Position numbers and translations under genes: made by a program. 64,000 nt of DNA, taken from positions 945-64,944 of the forward strand of contig DYOB01000004.1 in assembly GCA_020720765.1 (NCBI GenBank). Reading direction: 5' to 3'. Every line of letters starts with the position of its first letter. The stretch's first letter is position 1. The notes under the pieces were generated by a model. The model did no database searches. It was given only the letters and a program-made list of their open reading frames with translations, and was not told where the DNA came from. This stretch comes from Borreliella garinii (GTDB taxonomy: Bacteria; Spirochaetota; Spirochaetia; JABEVK01). Below, piece by piece: positions 18,681 to 28,169 of the stretch.

Positions 18681-18720
18681 CGTCACCCCATATTAGTCTA
18701 GAAACCCGCTACGCGGGGAG

Positions 18721-20016
18721 TCATTCTATTATCGGCTCTAAAGGGAACTGTGTACAGAGGGATTTTACCTCTTCACCAACATTTTTTAGAATACCTGCGT
18801 CTCCCTTAGACCTGATAACTTCGAGAATGAGCTGGGAAATCTGTTCCATTTCATTTTCTTTCATTCCGCGGGTCGTTATTGCCGGTGTTCCCAGTCGGAT
18901 TCCAGAGGTCACCATGGGATTTTGCTGGTCAAATGGTATGGCATTTTTATTAACAGTGATATGGGCGCCGTCAAGCCATGTCTCCGCATCTTTACCCGTG
19001 ACACCAAAGGAAGTGAGGTCAATCAGCATAAGATGGTTGTCTGTCCCGCCACTGACAACACGGGCGCCGCCCTCGGTCATTGCCTTTGACATAGCCTTCG
19101 CATTGGCGACAACCTGTTTTTGATAGGTAATAAACGATGGTGCCATGGCTTCTTTGAAAGCAGCTGCCTTCGCGGCGATGATATGCTCCAAAGGACCACC
19201 CTGTATCCCGGGGAAAACCGAGCTGTCGAGTATCTCGCTCCAGGTTTTCACCCGTCCGCTTTTTGCTGCGACCTGGCCCAAGGTATTTTCCCCGTCACGG
19301 CCTATAAGAACCATGCCTCCCCGTGGACCCCTGAGGGTTTTATGCGTCGTTGTTGTGGTGAAATGGCTGTGTTGAACAGGATTCGGGTAGACACCAGCAG
19401 CCACCAGGCCTGCAAAGTGGGCCATATCTGTAAGCAGGAGTGCACCTACCTCGTCGGCTATCTTCCGGAACCTTTCAAAATCAAGAACCCTCGAGTAGGC
19501 GCTAAAACCCGCGACGATCATCTTGGGTTTATGGAGTTTTGCCAGATTTTCAAGAGCTTCGTAGTCAAGGAGTTCAGTTTCTTTATCGAGCCCATAACTG
19601 AAAAACCTGTAGAGTTTACCGGAGAAATTGGCAGGGGCACCATGGGTAAGATGTCCGCCCTGGGAAAGATCCATGCCCAGGACCACATCTCCGGGCTTCA
19701 GGACGCTGAAATACACGCCCATATTTGCTTGGGAACCGCTATGAGGCTGAACATTTGCAAAATCAGCCTGAAAAAGGATCTTTGCCCTGTTTCTTGCCAG
19801 ATCTTCAACTTTGTCGACAAACTCGCAGCCGCCATAATAACGTTTACCTGGGTAGCCTTCAGCGTATTTATTCGTCAGAACACTGCCCGCTGCTTCCATC
19901 ACTGTACGGCTGACAATATTCTCAGAAGCGATAAGTTCGAGGTTATGCTCCTGCCTCATGCGCTCCCGATTCATAGCCTGGTAGAGTTCCTGGTCCCTTT
20001 TTTCGATTGTTATCAT
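18721..20016 (-). CDS. glyA: Serine hydroxymethyltransferase
   Basis: [26 protein letters not shown], and the PLP-lysine motif [14 protein letters not shown]. Confidence 0.95.
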   Translation of the reverse strand: MITIEKRDQELYQAMNRERMRQEHNLELIASENIVSRTVMEAAGSVLTNKYAEGYPGKRYYGGCEFVDKVEDLARNRAKILFQADFANVQPHSGSQANMGVYFSVLKPGDVVLGMDLSQGGHLTHGAPANFSGKLYRFFSYGLDKETELLDYEALENLAKLHKPKMIVAGFSAYSRVLDFERFRKIADEVGALLLTDMAHFAGLVAAGVYPNPVQHSHFTTTTTHKTLRGPRGGMVLIGRDGENTLGQVAAKSGRVKTWSEILDSSVFPGIQGGPLEHIIAAKAAAFKEAMAPSFITYQKQVVANAKAMSKAMTEGGARVVSGGTDNHLMLIDLTSFGVTGKDAETWLDGAHITVNKNAIPFDQQNPMVTSGIRLGTPAITTRGMKENEMEQISQLILEVIRSKGDAGILKNVGEEVKSLCTQFPLEPIIE

Positions 20017-20035
20017 TTGGATCCCCTTTCTTGTG

Positions 20036-21649
20036 TTAGTACACGCCCATCAGCTCAAGAGAATGCCAGATTACGGTGTAATTTTCAAGACTACCCTGGA
20101 CCTCCTCCTGCACTTGATGGGTCGCTTGGGGAATAACACCGGTGCGAATCGTTGACCCTGTCAGCACTGGGAACGAGGGATTATCACTTTTACCGAGAGC
20201 AATACGCCTGTTATCCAGGTTACCCAGGTAATAATCCCGTGGTTCGGGGGGGAGAAAAAAACCCACAGGAGAAGCCCCAGAACCCAAGTAAGGGTCTGAA
20301 CTGATCCAGCCGAGACCAGTCAGAAAGAACTCTACCCAAAAATGCGGAAGCAACTGGTCGTTTCCAGAAATTAAATACCCTTTTACCAACCGCGCAGGAA
20401 TCTTGCTGGCCCTTAATAAACCGATAAATATTCGGCACCCCTGTTCGATCGCCCCCCTCCCGACGCGAAGGGCCCCCTCAAGTTCGTCCATTGTCGGTTC
20501 ATTCCATCGAAATTGGGTAGCCATCCAGTTGAAGAGTCCTCTTGCCCTATCATAAGGCGATCTACCTGGTCCGGGCCAACCTCCGACGTTAAGCGAGATA
20601 TTGCGGAAAAGCTCGGTATTCCAAGGTATCGATTCATCGGAAGTTAAAAATTCAAGCAGCCCTGGATAAGGCGTGAGTTCAGGTATCGTATTGCCTTTAA
20701 TGGAAGCCTGGACTGAAAAAGTATGGATAAGGTATTCCCATTCATAAACGGTCTTCCCGACCTTGAGGTCGTAAATATCGTAGGCCGAAACTCCTGAAGG
20801 GTGGTTGAAACTCGGTTCTAGAGTCTGCCGCACCGTGGTAGGTGAACGCTGGAGTGCATCGAGGACACCCCAAGGCGCCCAGAGCCTTAACCTGTTCGGA
20901 GACCGGGCAGCATCGACTACAACCTCAACCTTGCGTGAAAGCGCCAGACGCCGCCTTGTATTCAATAATTGCAAACCATACCGGGTATCGACTTCGAGAA
21001 AGGCTCCATTGGACGGCCCGGATAATCCCTTTACTATGACATTTCCCGAAGTAACACCGCTGGGGATATGGACACGGATTTCTGCGTCGGTCCAGGACTC
21101 GATATCGTAGGATGGCGCACTGACCCAGGGGTCCATACCCCCTTCCAGGAGTCCTGGAACCAGAGGTCCCCAGGTGAAAAGAACCTCCCCTTGTTTTGTT
21201 CCGAACCCTTTTCCTGAAAGTACAATAAGGTCAGAAATTTTCCCCAATGCTGGTTCAATTTTGGTAATAAGAGCACCCGTATTTGCTCCACCCGAAAGCG
21301 GAACAGGAAGTTCGGATTGATTAACCCAAAACAGCCCTTCGGTGGTGCCATTATTTGTGCTGATTTTGACGGGTCCTGACCTAGCCTCTTCCGGTATCAA
21401 GCAACGAATCTGCGTTTCGGTCCAAGACTCAATATCTGAACGGGTAACCACCCCGGACGGGAAGGATATTTGTGAATGACTGTTCAATTCTCCGAAACTT
21501 TGACCATAGAGAACGATGGGTGTTCCGGATCGTCCCATGGCGGGTTCCATGGAAATTAAAACAGGTGACGGAGAAAGACCGAATTTTAAGAGCAGGACAA
21601 GCAGTGAAAAAAAGATAAGGCCTAAAATCGGTATAAAAGAACGCTTCAC
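20036..21649 (-). CDS. Exported/membrane-anchored protein with two IPT/TIG domains and a C-terminal transglutaminase-like cysteine-protease core
   Basis: N-terminal hydrophobic helix. Two repeats ([22 protein letters not shown]...[14 protein letters not shown] and [23 protein letters not shown]...[14 protein letters not shown]). The transglutaminase core is [24 protein letters not shown]...HFWVEFF...WISSDP, with Cys, His and Asp present. The GTG start overlaps the upstream stop (GTGA). Confidence 0.8.
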   Translation of the reverse strand: MKRSFIPILGLIFFSLLVLLLKFGLSPSPVLISMEPAMGRSGTPIVLYGQSFGELNSHSQISFPSGVVTRSDIESWTETQIRCLIPEEARSGPVKISTNNGTTEGLFWVNQSELPVPLSGGANTGALITKIEPALGKISDLIVLSGKGFGTKQGEVLFTWGPLVPGLLEGGMDPWVSAPSYDIESWTDAEIRVHIPSGVTSGNVIVKGLSGPSNGAFLEVDTRYGLQLLNTRRRLALSRKVEVVVDAARSPNRLRLWAPWGVLDALQRSPTTVRQTLEPSFNHPSGVSAYDIYDLKVGKTVYEWEYLIHTFSVQASIKGNTIPELTPYPGLLEFLTSDESIPWNTELFRNISLNVGGWPGPGRSPYDRARGLFNWMATQFRWNEPTMDELEGALRVGRGAIEQGCRIFIGLLRASKIPARLVKGYLISGNDQLLPHFWVEFFLTGLGWISSDPYLGSGASPVGFFLPPEPRDYYLGNLDNRRIALGKSDNPSFPVLTGSTIRTGVIPQATHQVQEEVQGSLENYTVIWHSLELMGVY

Positions 21650-22110
21650 GGAACGGCTGTTTCCCCGATATTCTCGTGCACGGCAAATTCCAGGGCAAGA
21701 CTATTCTCCCCTTCCCGGCGACCAAAAGGGAAAAAAATCATAGGTTCATCCAAGGAAACGATGACTGTTTGGAGGGTACTCGAAACTCCCCGGAACAAGC
21801 CCGAGTCGTCGACACGACGGGCCTCGGCTTGGATCACGACAAGGATGCGGGCGTCGGGCTGTAAGTAGGGTGTAAAACTCGTAAGAATCAGGAGGTTGTT
21901 TTTTTCCAACCGAAGAACTATGGGGCGGCCGTTTTCCAGTTTTCTAGTAGCTGTTTCCTCCCATATGGATTCCTGCAATCCTACCTTAGGAGAAGGGTTC
22001 CCTAGCCTTACCATGACATCGAGCCTGAGTTCTGGAGGAGATTCCTGGGCATGAAGTGCCGCTAGACTTGCCAGGAAACCTGAGAAGACTAGAGCCTGAA
22101 CTGTATTCAA
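21646..22110 (-). CDS. Small exported hypothetical protein
   Basis: Signal peptide MNTVQALVFSGFLASLAALHAQ. The TTG start overlaps the upstream stop (TTGA). No motif recognised. Confidence 0.55.
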   Translation of the reverse strand: MNTVQALVFSGFLASLAALHAQESPPELRLDVMVRLGNPSPKVGLQESIWEETATRKLENGRPIVLRLEKNNLLILTSFTPYLQPDARILVVIQAEARRVDDSGLFRGVSSTLQTVIVSLDEPMIFFPFGRREGENSLALEFAVHENIGETAVP

Positions 22111-22568
22111 GGCTCGCTCCCATAACTTGAAAGCCTGATCATCTGGGGATCACCAGCAGGCACGAGATCAAAATCATCGGGAAGGCTGAAAACTATTTCT
22201 TCATTCGTCTGAACAGAAGCGATTTGGGTATCCGTCGTTGTTCGTCCAAGAAGCCACCCTCCCAAGAGGGCCACAAAAACGGCGGCAGCTGCCCACGTAG
22301 CACGGATATTTCTGTTAAAAAACAGGATCGGCTTGATTTTAACCCCTCCCTGCTCGATCTTCTTTTTAAGTTTCAGAAAAACCTCGTCTTTTCTTGCTTC
22401 AAAATCGGGTTCCGGATCCTTGGTTATGGTTTCACACAATTGACGATAATTTTCCTGAAATGCCTTGAAATCATCATCTTTTTCCAGACGATATCGCATC
22501 TCATCTTGGAATTTCTGAGGAATTTCCTTATCGACCCAAGCTGAATAGAAGGAACTGCGGTGCTTCAT
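22107..22568 (-). CDS. Putative single-pass anti-sigma factor
   Basis: Lies immediately downstream of, and overlapping (ATGA), the ECF sigma gene. Has a cytoplasmic helical N-terminus, one TM helix (WAAAAVFVALLGGWLLG) and a short external tail. No zinc-binding HxxxCxxC motif. The call rests on position and topology only. Confidence 0.5.
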   Translation of the reverse strand: MKHRSSFYSAWVDKEIPQKFQDEMRYRLEKDDDFKAFQENYRQLCETITKDPEPDFEARKDEVFLKLKKKIEQGGVKIKPILFFNRNIRATWAAAAVFVALLGGWLLGRTTTDTQIASVQTNEEIVFSLPDDFDLVPAGDPQMIRLSSYGSEP

Positions 22569-23077
22569 ACCCCCCCCTTGCGTAAAAAATCTGATAATTG
22601 TAAACGCCCGCGGTGAACGCGGACCTTAACGTTGCCTTCGGAAATACCCAAAGTCTGGGCAATTTCGCTATAACTAAAATTCAAATACTCCTTAAGGATA
22701 AGCACGATGCGTAAATTATAAGGGATTTTCATCAATGCCTCCTGTACTTCATTTTTCGTTTGGTCGCGGACCATTTTGTCTTCTCCGCTGCCAAACTCCT
22801 CGCCTGGAGATTCGCGAAAAAGCCTATAAACAGCCTTGGTCTCGCGCCCCCTTCTCTTTTCGTAATTCAGGGCCAGGTTCCTTACCACCCTTAGTAACCA
22901 ATACCTTATAGTGAGATCATTCGGAAGCTGTTCGATGCGTTCATAATATTTTATAAAAGCCTCTTGAACTATTTCTTCCGATAAATCCTGCCTCCCAGAA
23001 ATCCGGTAAACTACACGCATGAGTACGTTGTAATTTTCGTTGTACACCCGTCTGAAAACGGACTCATGGTCCATCAT
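22565..23077 (-). CDS. ECF-type RNA polymerase sigma-70 family factor
   Basis: About 170 aa. Region 2 is EEIVQEAFIKYYERI...WLLRVVRNLALNY. The region 4 HTH is FSYSEIAQTLGISEGNVKVRVHRGRLQL. Confidence 0.88.
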   Translation of the reverse strand: MMDHESVFRRVYNENYNVLMRVVYRISGRQDLSEEIVQEAFIKYYERIEQLPNDLTIRYWLLRVVRNLALNYEKRRGRETKAVYRLFRESPGEEFGSGEDKMVRDQTKNEVQEALMKIPYNLRIVLILKEYLNFSYSEIAQTLGISEGNVKVRVHRGRLQLSDFLRKGGV

Positions 23078-23107
23078 TAACTTAAAAACCCCTGAAAGTT
23101 CATCGCG

Positions 23108-24553
23108 TTACACCATTTTCCTAAGCCGGTATCCACCGGCATTGTCTTCCATTTGCCAACCGAGTTCGGCAATTTTACCTCTTAGAGTATCCGCCGCAGA
23201 CCATTGTTTTTCCAGCTTGGCTTTCCATCGTTCTTCCGCAAGCTCAGTCACCTCTGGTGGAATATTGACTTTTACAAAAACCTTTTCAAAACCGAGGGCA
23301 AAAACCTGGTTGACCCAACCCAAGACCTGGAGTTTTTCAACATTCGCAGTGGTTTGGTCTTTTACCATATTCCAAACCTGGCCTAAGGCGGAAGGAAGGT
23401 TTAAATCCTGGTACAAGGAGTTACGGATGTCCCTCTGCCAAATCAGGGCTTTTTCTGCTATAACTTCATTGTTGAGAAAAAAAGACAGCGGATTTTCTAT
23501 TCCTTCTCCCATGGAAGCAATTTTTTCAGAAAGGTTTTTCCTCCCGTTTCTGGCCGAATCCATGGCCTCCCAGCTAAAAGCAAGTTGTGTCCTATAATGG
23601 GCATTCAGGAGAAAGTACCTGTAATCCAGGGGATCGTAGCCTTTTTGGACGAGTGCGCTCAAAGTGAGGAATTCACCGGAACTCTTACTCATTTTTTCTT
23701 TCTGCAGGATTAAAAATTCCCCATGGAGCCAGTATTTTACCCACGGATGCCCGAAAGCACCCTCGCTCTGGGCAATTTCATTCGTGTGATGGACAGCTAT
23801 ATGGTCGACCCCTCCGCAATGAATATCGAACTTCTCTCCCAGATATTTAGAACTCATAGCCGAGCATTCAATATGCCAGCCAGGATAGCCAAGCCCCCAG
23901 GGACTTTCCCAGAGCATGGCTTGATCGGAAAATTTTCCTTGGGTAAACCAGAGCACAAAGTCTCTTTCATTTTTCTTTGCGGTATCGGTTTCCACTCTCG
24001 ACACAGTCTCGCCTGTCTGCCTTTCGACAAGGGCCATTTTTCCGTAATCCGGGAAGAGTGAAGTATCGAAGTAAAGATTTCCTTGGGAAAAATACGTAAA
24101 GCCGTTGGCTTCAAGTTTCTGGATCAATGCAACCATATCCTGGATATGTTCCGTAGCTCTACAAATAACGCGGGGTTTTAAAAGGCTTAATTGTTCCCAA
24201 TCCTGAAAAAAGGCTTCGGTAAAAAATTTGGCTATGGCCCAAACGTCCATTCCCTTTTCCCTGGCGCTTTGGATCATCTTATCCTCACCCTCGTCCCCGT
24301 CGCTGGTTAGGTGTCCGACATCTGTGACGTTGAGAACGTGGTAAATCTCGTATCCGGCATCTTTAAGAACTCTTCGAAGGGTATCCTCGAAGACGTAAGT
24401 TCTCAGGTTTCCGATATGGGCGTAGTTGTATACAGTAGGACCGCAGCAGTACATGCTGACTTGCCCTTCTGCTAAAGGAATAAAGGGAACCACCGCCCTC
24501 TGGGCAGTATTGTAAAAAGAAACTTCCAAAAATCCTCCTAAAGGGAACCTCAT
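23108..24553 (-). CDS. cysS: Cysteine--tRNA ligase
   Basis: MYCCGPTVYNYAHIGNLR (HIGH-type) and the KMSKS loop. An alternative TTG start at 24529 sits just after the SD AGGAGGA. Confidence 0.93.
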   Translation of the reverse strand: MRFPLGGFLEVSFYNTAQRAVVPFIPLAEGQVSMYCCGPTVYNYAHIGNLRTYVFEDTLRRVLKDAGYEIYHVLNVTDVGHLTSDGDEGEDKMIQSAREKGMDVWAIAKFFTEAFFQDWEQLSLLKPRVICRATEHIQDMVALIQKLEANGFTYFSQGNLYFDTSLFPDYGKMALVERQTGETVSRVETDTAKKNERDFVLWFTQGKFSDQAMLWESPWGLGYPGWHIECSAMSSKYLGEKFDIHCGGVDHIAVHHTNEIAQSEGAFGHPWVKYWLHGEFLILQKEKMSKSSGEFLTLSALVQKGYDPLDYRYFLLNAHYRTQLAFSWEAMDSARNGRKNLSEKIASMGEGIENPLSFFLNNEVIAEKALIWQRDIRNSLYQDLNLPSALGQVWNMVKDQTTANVEKLQVLGWVNQVFALGFEKVFVKVNIPPEVTELAEERWKAKLEKQWSAADTLRGKIAELGWQMEDNAGGYRLRKMV

Positions 24554-24589
24554 TGCTGAAACTCGGTTGTCACAGTAATATTACTACCA

Positions 24590-25516
24590 ATGAACCCGAT
24601 GTTAGAAAAAATCCTTAATAAAATCAATCCAAACGCCCAAATCTTGAAAGATTATCCACTTGCGCAGCGTACGACCTTTAAAATCGGAGGTAACGCAGAT
24701 TTCTTTTTTGAACCAAGCGACTCCGGCACTGCCATGGAGGCTTACACTTCCTGTATCCAGGCTGGGATTCCAGTTTTCATCCTTGGGGCCGGAGCCAACC
24801 TTCTCGTTTCTGATCAAGGAATCCGAGGGCTAACCCTCTCTACACGAAACCTCCTTGATTTTTCGCAGGATGGCTTGCTTCTAGCTTTCGGGGCTGGTTG
24901 GGACGTGGATAAGGCGGCTGAAAAAGCGCTCTCCTTGGGCTTGAGGTGCTTGGATTTTGCGGCAGGGATGCCAAGTTCTGTCGGAGGCGCCGTCTGGATG
25001 AATGCGAGGTGTTACGGCGGAGAGGTCTCTGAAATTTTTGAATCTGCGCAAGTGATCACGGGATCCGTGCTTCAAACTGTTAATAAAAAGGACGAACAAT
25101 GGGGCTATAAGGTTAGTCCCTTTCAGAACGCCGAGAATCTCATCCTCAGCGCTACTTTGCGCGGGTCTGAAGATAAACCTGGAACAATTCTCCAGGATAT
25201 CACAGCCCACCGTGCGGATCGGGAGGCAAAGGGGCATTACAGGGCCCCCTGTGCGGGTTCCATCTTCAAAAACAACAGGAATTTCGGTGAACCTTCGGGG
25301 GTTCTCATCGATAAAACAGGGTGTAAAGGCCTGTCTTTCGGCGGCGCCCGTGTTTCAGACTGGCACGGGAATATCCTTATCAATACCGGTGGAGCAACTG
25401 CGGACGAAGTCAGAGCCCTGATAGAAACAGTGAAGGAAAAGGTTTTTGTGAAAACGGGGTTTCTTCTCGAAGAAGAGGTGCTGTACGTCGGTGACTGGCC
25501 GGATTCCCACCCTTAA
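24590..25516 (+). CDS. murB: UDP-N-acetylenolpyruvoylglucosamine reductase
   Basis: The FAD-binding N-terminus has PLAQRTTFKIGGNADFFFEP and GAGANLLVSDQG. The C-terminal segment has GSIFKN. Confidence 0.92.
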   Translation: MNPMLEKILNKINPNAQILKDYPLAQRTTFKIGGNADFFFEPSDSGTAMEAYTSCIQAGIPVFILGAGANLLVSDQGIRGLTLSTRNLLDFSQDGLLLAFGAGWDVDKAAEKALSLGLRCLDFAAGMPSSVGGAVWMNARCYGGEVSEIFESAQVITGSVLQTVNKKDEQWGYKVSPFQNAENLILSATLRGSEDKPGTILQDITAHRADREAKGHYRAPCAGSIFKNNRNFGEPSGVLIDKTGCKGLSFGGARVSDWHGNILINTGGATADEVRALIETVKEKVFVKTGFLLEEEVLYVGDWPDSHP

Positions 25517-26712
25517 AATTTCCACCCTCCGCCGAGGTTCCACGAGGGGAGTGCCTTGGAACCTAAGGTATAACCGAGTTCGGCCTTAATGCTAACCGGC
25601 CTTAATTCCCCCTGGACTCGGAAGGTCATTTCCGTCGGCTCTCCTTGTTTCCAGAGTATCCTAGTCGACATTTCTGTTTCTGTAGCCTTTTTTGAAAGGC
25701 TGATTCCAACTGACTTGCAAACAAACCCGGCATCAGGTAATGGCCTTGGTTCGATTCGGCCCGAAGCACCCAGTGTGAATCCTTCCCACTGGAATAAAAC
25801 TGAGGTCTCACTGAAATACCTCCAGTCTGTCATTTCCGCTATGGCGCTTGCCTTTGCCGAGACAGAGAGCTTTGAAGTTTTCCATTCCCACCCTGCTTTC
25901 ACCGTGAGAGACAGTTCGGATTCTTCGATACCGCCTAAACCTGAATTCCCTTGATACCTCAAGACAAGCCCCGGGTCATCGGCTGTACCGAGCCATAGAC
26001 TGGAGCTGAAGCTGATATTTCCTCTTCGATACCTTCCTGCAAGGTCGCACCCTAGGTCCCTGTTGGTTTTCAACCTGGACCAAAAAGCCGCGGACAAAAG
26101 AAATTCATCGCGGGATCCTCCCTCAGCCGCCCCAAGGACCATTATTGAAAAAAACTTTGAAATGTAGCCCCAAGTCCCTTCGGTAAAACCCGACCACCCC
26201 TCTGGCGTTGGCTGGTTGAACCAATCTTCGGAAAGATCCTCAAGGTTTCTCGTTCCCCACAGTCGAAAAGAGTATCGGAATTCGCCGTCCTGTGGGAAAC
26301 TTGCCCCCAATCCTAACTGAAAAGCTCCGGGGTTGGTCAGACTCCAAAAAAAAAGAGGCTGAGCGTCAAGCCAAAGGCTCCAATCCTTTCCTTCACGGGA
26401 ATCGACGGAAAGTCCAGGACGTTTATTATCCGTCCAGACAGGATCCCAACTCCTGGGTAAGTCTTCTACCGTGGACCAGTTCCAGAGCCCCGGCCAAACC
26501 AGGTTTCCTCCCCAGAGCGGGCCCGAATGAAAACCTCCTGCCCCCGAATCATCTCCATCTTTCCAGAAAAAGCCTTCAGCTTCGCCTTCCTTACCCCACC
26601 ACCCTCCCCCGAGAAACCCCGTTTGGGTCCATTCCACCTTTAACAATTGTTCCCCGGAAAGTTGAAAAACAGCCATGAATAAAATAGCGGTAATGATTTT
26701 AGGCCACTTCAT
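25513..26712 (-). CDS. Trp/Gly-rich exported protein, candidate outer-membrane beta-barrel
   Basis: Signal peptide MKWPKIITAILFMAVFQLSG. Very Trp-rich. The C-terminal half has alternating hydrophobic/polar strands. The terminal residue is Phe (GGGWKF), as in many OM barrels. Confidence 0.55.
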   Translation of the reverse strand: MKWPKIITAILFMAVFQLSGEQLLKVEWTQTGFLGGGWWGKEGEAEGFFWKDGDDSGAGGFHSGPLWGGNLVWPGLWNWSTVEDLPRSWDPVWTDNKRPGLSVDSREGKDWSLWLDAQPLFFWSLTNPGAFQLGLGASFPQDGEFRYSFRLWGTRNLEDLSEDWFNQPTPEGWSGFTEGTWGYISKFFSIMVLGAAEGGSRDEFLLSAAFWSRLKTNRDLGCDLAGRYRRGNISFSSSLWLGTADDPGLVLRYQGNSGLGGIEESELSLTVKAGWEWKTSKLSVSAKASAIAEMTDWRYFSETSVLFQWEGFTLGASGRIEPRPLPDAGFVCKSVGISLSKKATETEMSTRILWKQGEPTEMTFRVQGELRPVSIKAELGYTLGSKALPSWNLGGGWKF

Positions 26713-26811
26713 AACTCTAATCAGCCATAAAACAGCTTATTCGCTTGTACTTGGAGTGAAAAGTTTGACAATTTCGCCAAATTATGAAAAAAAGGATGTA
26801 GGAGAAAATCG

Positions 26812-28155
26812 ATGGTCATTTTAACACTCAACTGCGGAAGTTCTTCGGTTAAGTATCAAGTTTACGATTGGGAACTTAAAGCGGTTATGGCACGGGGCTT
26901 GGTAGAGCGGGTGGGAACACAGGAAGCTGTGCTTGAGCACTCGGCAAGCGGAAAAGAAACCTACACCATCACAAAGGCCATGCCTAACCACCAGACAGCC
27001 ATCGAAGTCCTTCTTGAAACCATTGTTGATCCGAAACTCGGTGTCATTTCCCATATTTCCGACGTGAAAGCAGTCGGACACAGGGTTTTGCACGGAGGGC
27101 AAAAATTCTCTACCAGTGTTCTGATCAACCCCCAGGTTCTTCAGACCTTCCGGGAGCTTCAAGACTTGGGTCCCCTCCACCTCCCGCCCAATATCATGGG
27201 GATTGAGGCGGCACAAAAGGTCCTTCCGCTCGTGCCCCATGCCGCTATTCTCGACACAGCCTGGCACCAGACCATGCCTGCTACGAGTTATATCTACGCA
27301 GTCCCCTACCAATGGTACAGCGAATACGGGGTAAGGAGGTACGGGTTTCACGGGACAAGTTTTCTCTACACCGCTAAAAGGGCCGCAGCTGTTCTTGGAA
27401 AAAATCCCATGGACACCAACCTTATCATCTGTCATATCGGAAACGGTGCAAGTATGTGTGCGGTAAAGGACGGAAAATCTCTCGACACGACCATGGGATT
27501 GACTCCACTGGAGGGCCTCGTTATGGGAACTCGGAGTGGTGACATAGATCCCGCCATTATCAACTATGTTTGCCGGAAAGCCGGGTTGAGCAGCCAGGAT
27601 GTTGAGAACCAATTAAATAAAAAAAGCGGCATTCTCGGTGTCACAACAAAATACATCGACCGCCGTGATATGAATAAGGCCGCTGATGAGGGGGACGAAC
27701 TCAGTTCACTCGCACGGGATATCGAGTCGTACAGAATTAAAAAATATATCGGTGCCTATAGCGCAGCCTTGGGAAGGGTTGATGCTGTGATTTTTACAGC
27801 CGGCGTGGGAGAAATGAGTTACCAAATACGAGAACTCGTTCTAAGCGGAATGGAGAACCTGGGAATAGTTCTGGATAAGGAAAGGAACTCCATCAGCCGA
27901 ACCCGTAACGCAGAGACCAGAATCACAAAAGATTCAAGCCCGGTTCCTGTTTTCGTTATACCAACAGACGAAGAACTCGTCATGACAGAAGATACTTATG
28001 CTCTGATGCAGGGCACTTATAAAGTCCACACCGAGTTTACTTATTCATTCGAGAACTGCAACTACGTAAATAAAGAAAGGAATGAAGCTCTCAAAAGAGA
28101 AATTTTAAAGAAACCCGAACTGGAAAAAGTGGTCATCCAAACCTGCCAGGATTGA
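26812..28155 (+). CDS. ackA: Acetate kinase with a ~50 aa C-terminal extension
   Basis: [34 protein letters not shown] and [17 protein letters not shown] before the ATG. Confidence 0.93.
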   Translation: MVILTLNCGSSSVKYQVYDWELKAVMARGLVERVGTQEAVLEHSASGKETYTITKAMPNHQTAIEVLLETIVDPKLGVISHISDVKAVGHRVLHGGQKFSTSVLINPQVLQTFRELQDLGPLHLPPNIMGIEAAQKVLPLVPHAAILDTAWHQTMPATSYIYAVPYQWYSEYGVRRYGFHGTSFLYTAKRAAAVLGKNPMDTNLIICHIGNGASMCAVKDGKSLDTTMGLTPLEGLVMGTRSGDIDPAIINYVCRKAGLSSQDVENQLNKKSGILGVTTKYIDRRDMNKAADEGDELSSLARDIESYRIKKYIGAYSAALGRVDAVIFTAGVGEMSYQIRELVLSGMENLGIVLDKERNSISRTRNAETRITKDSSPVPVFVIPTDEELVMTEDTYALMQGTYKVHTEFTYSFENCNYVNKERNEALKREILKKPELEKVVIQTCQD

Positions 28156-28169
28156 CCTCACATGGTCGG

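Noticed and set aside
18687-18720. Hairpin CCCGC-GTA-GCGGG followed by TTTCT after glyA, as a terminator
   Set aside because: The stem is only 5 bp with a 3-nt loop and a poor U-tract. The downstream cNMP-binding gene starts 34-40 nt later and is probably co-transcribed.
19120-20136. 338-aa ORF antisense to glyA and the end of the transglutaminase gene
   Set aside because: It is antisense to an unmistakable glyA, has no motifs and is low-complexity. Long antisense ORFs recur opposite many well-supported genes in this window.
24576-24592. murB as an eleventh leaderless case (TAATAT or TATTAC upstream of ATG 24590)
   Set aside because: The spacing to the ATG is 8 or 5 nt depending on which hexamer is used, and the -35 is poor. 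It is too ambiguous to count.
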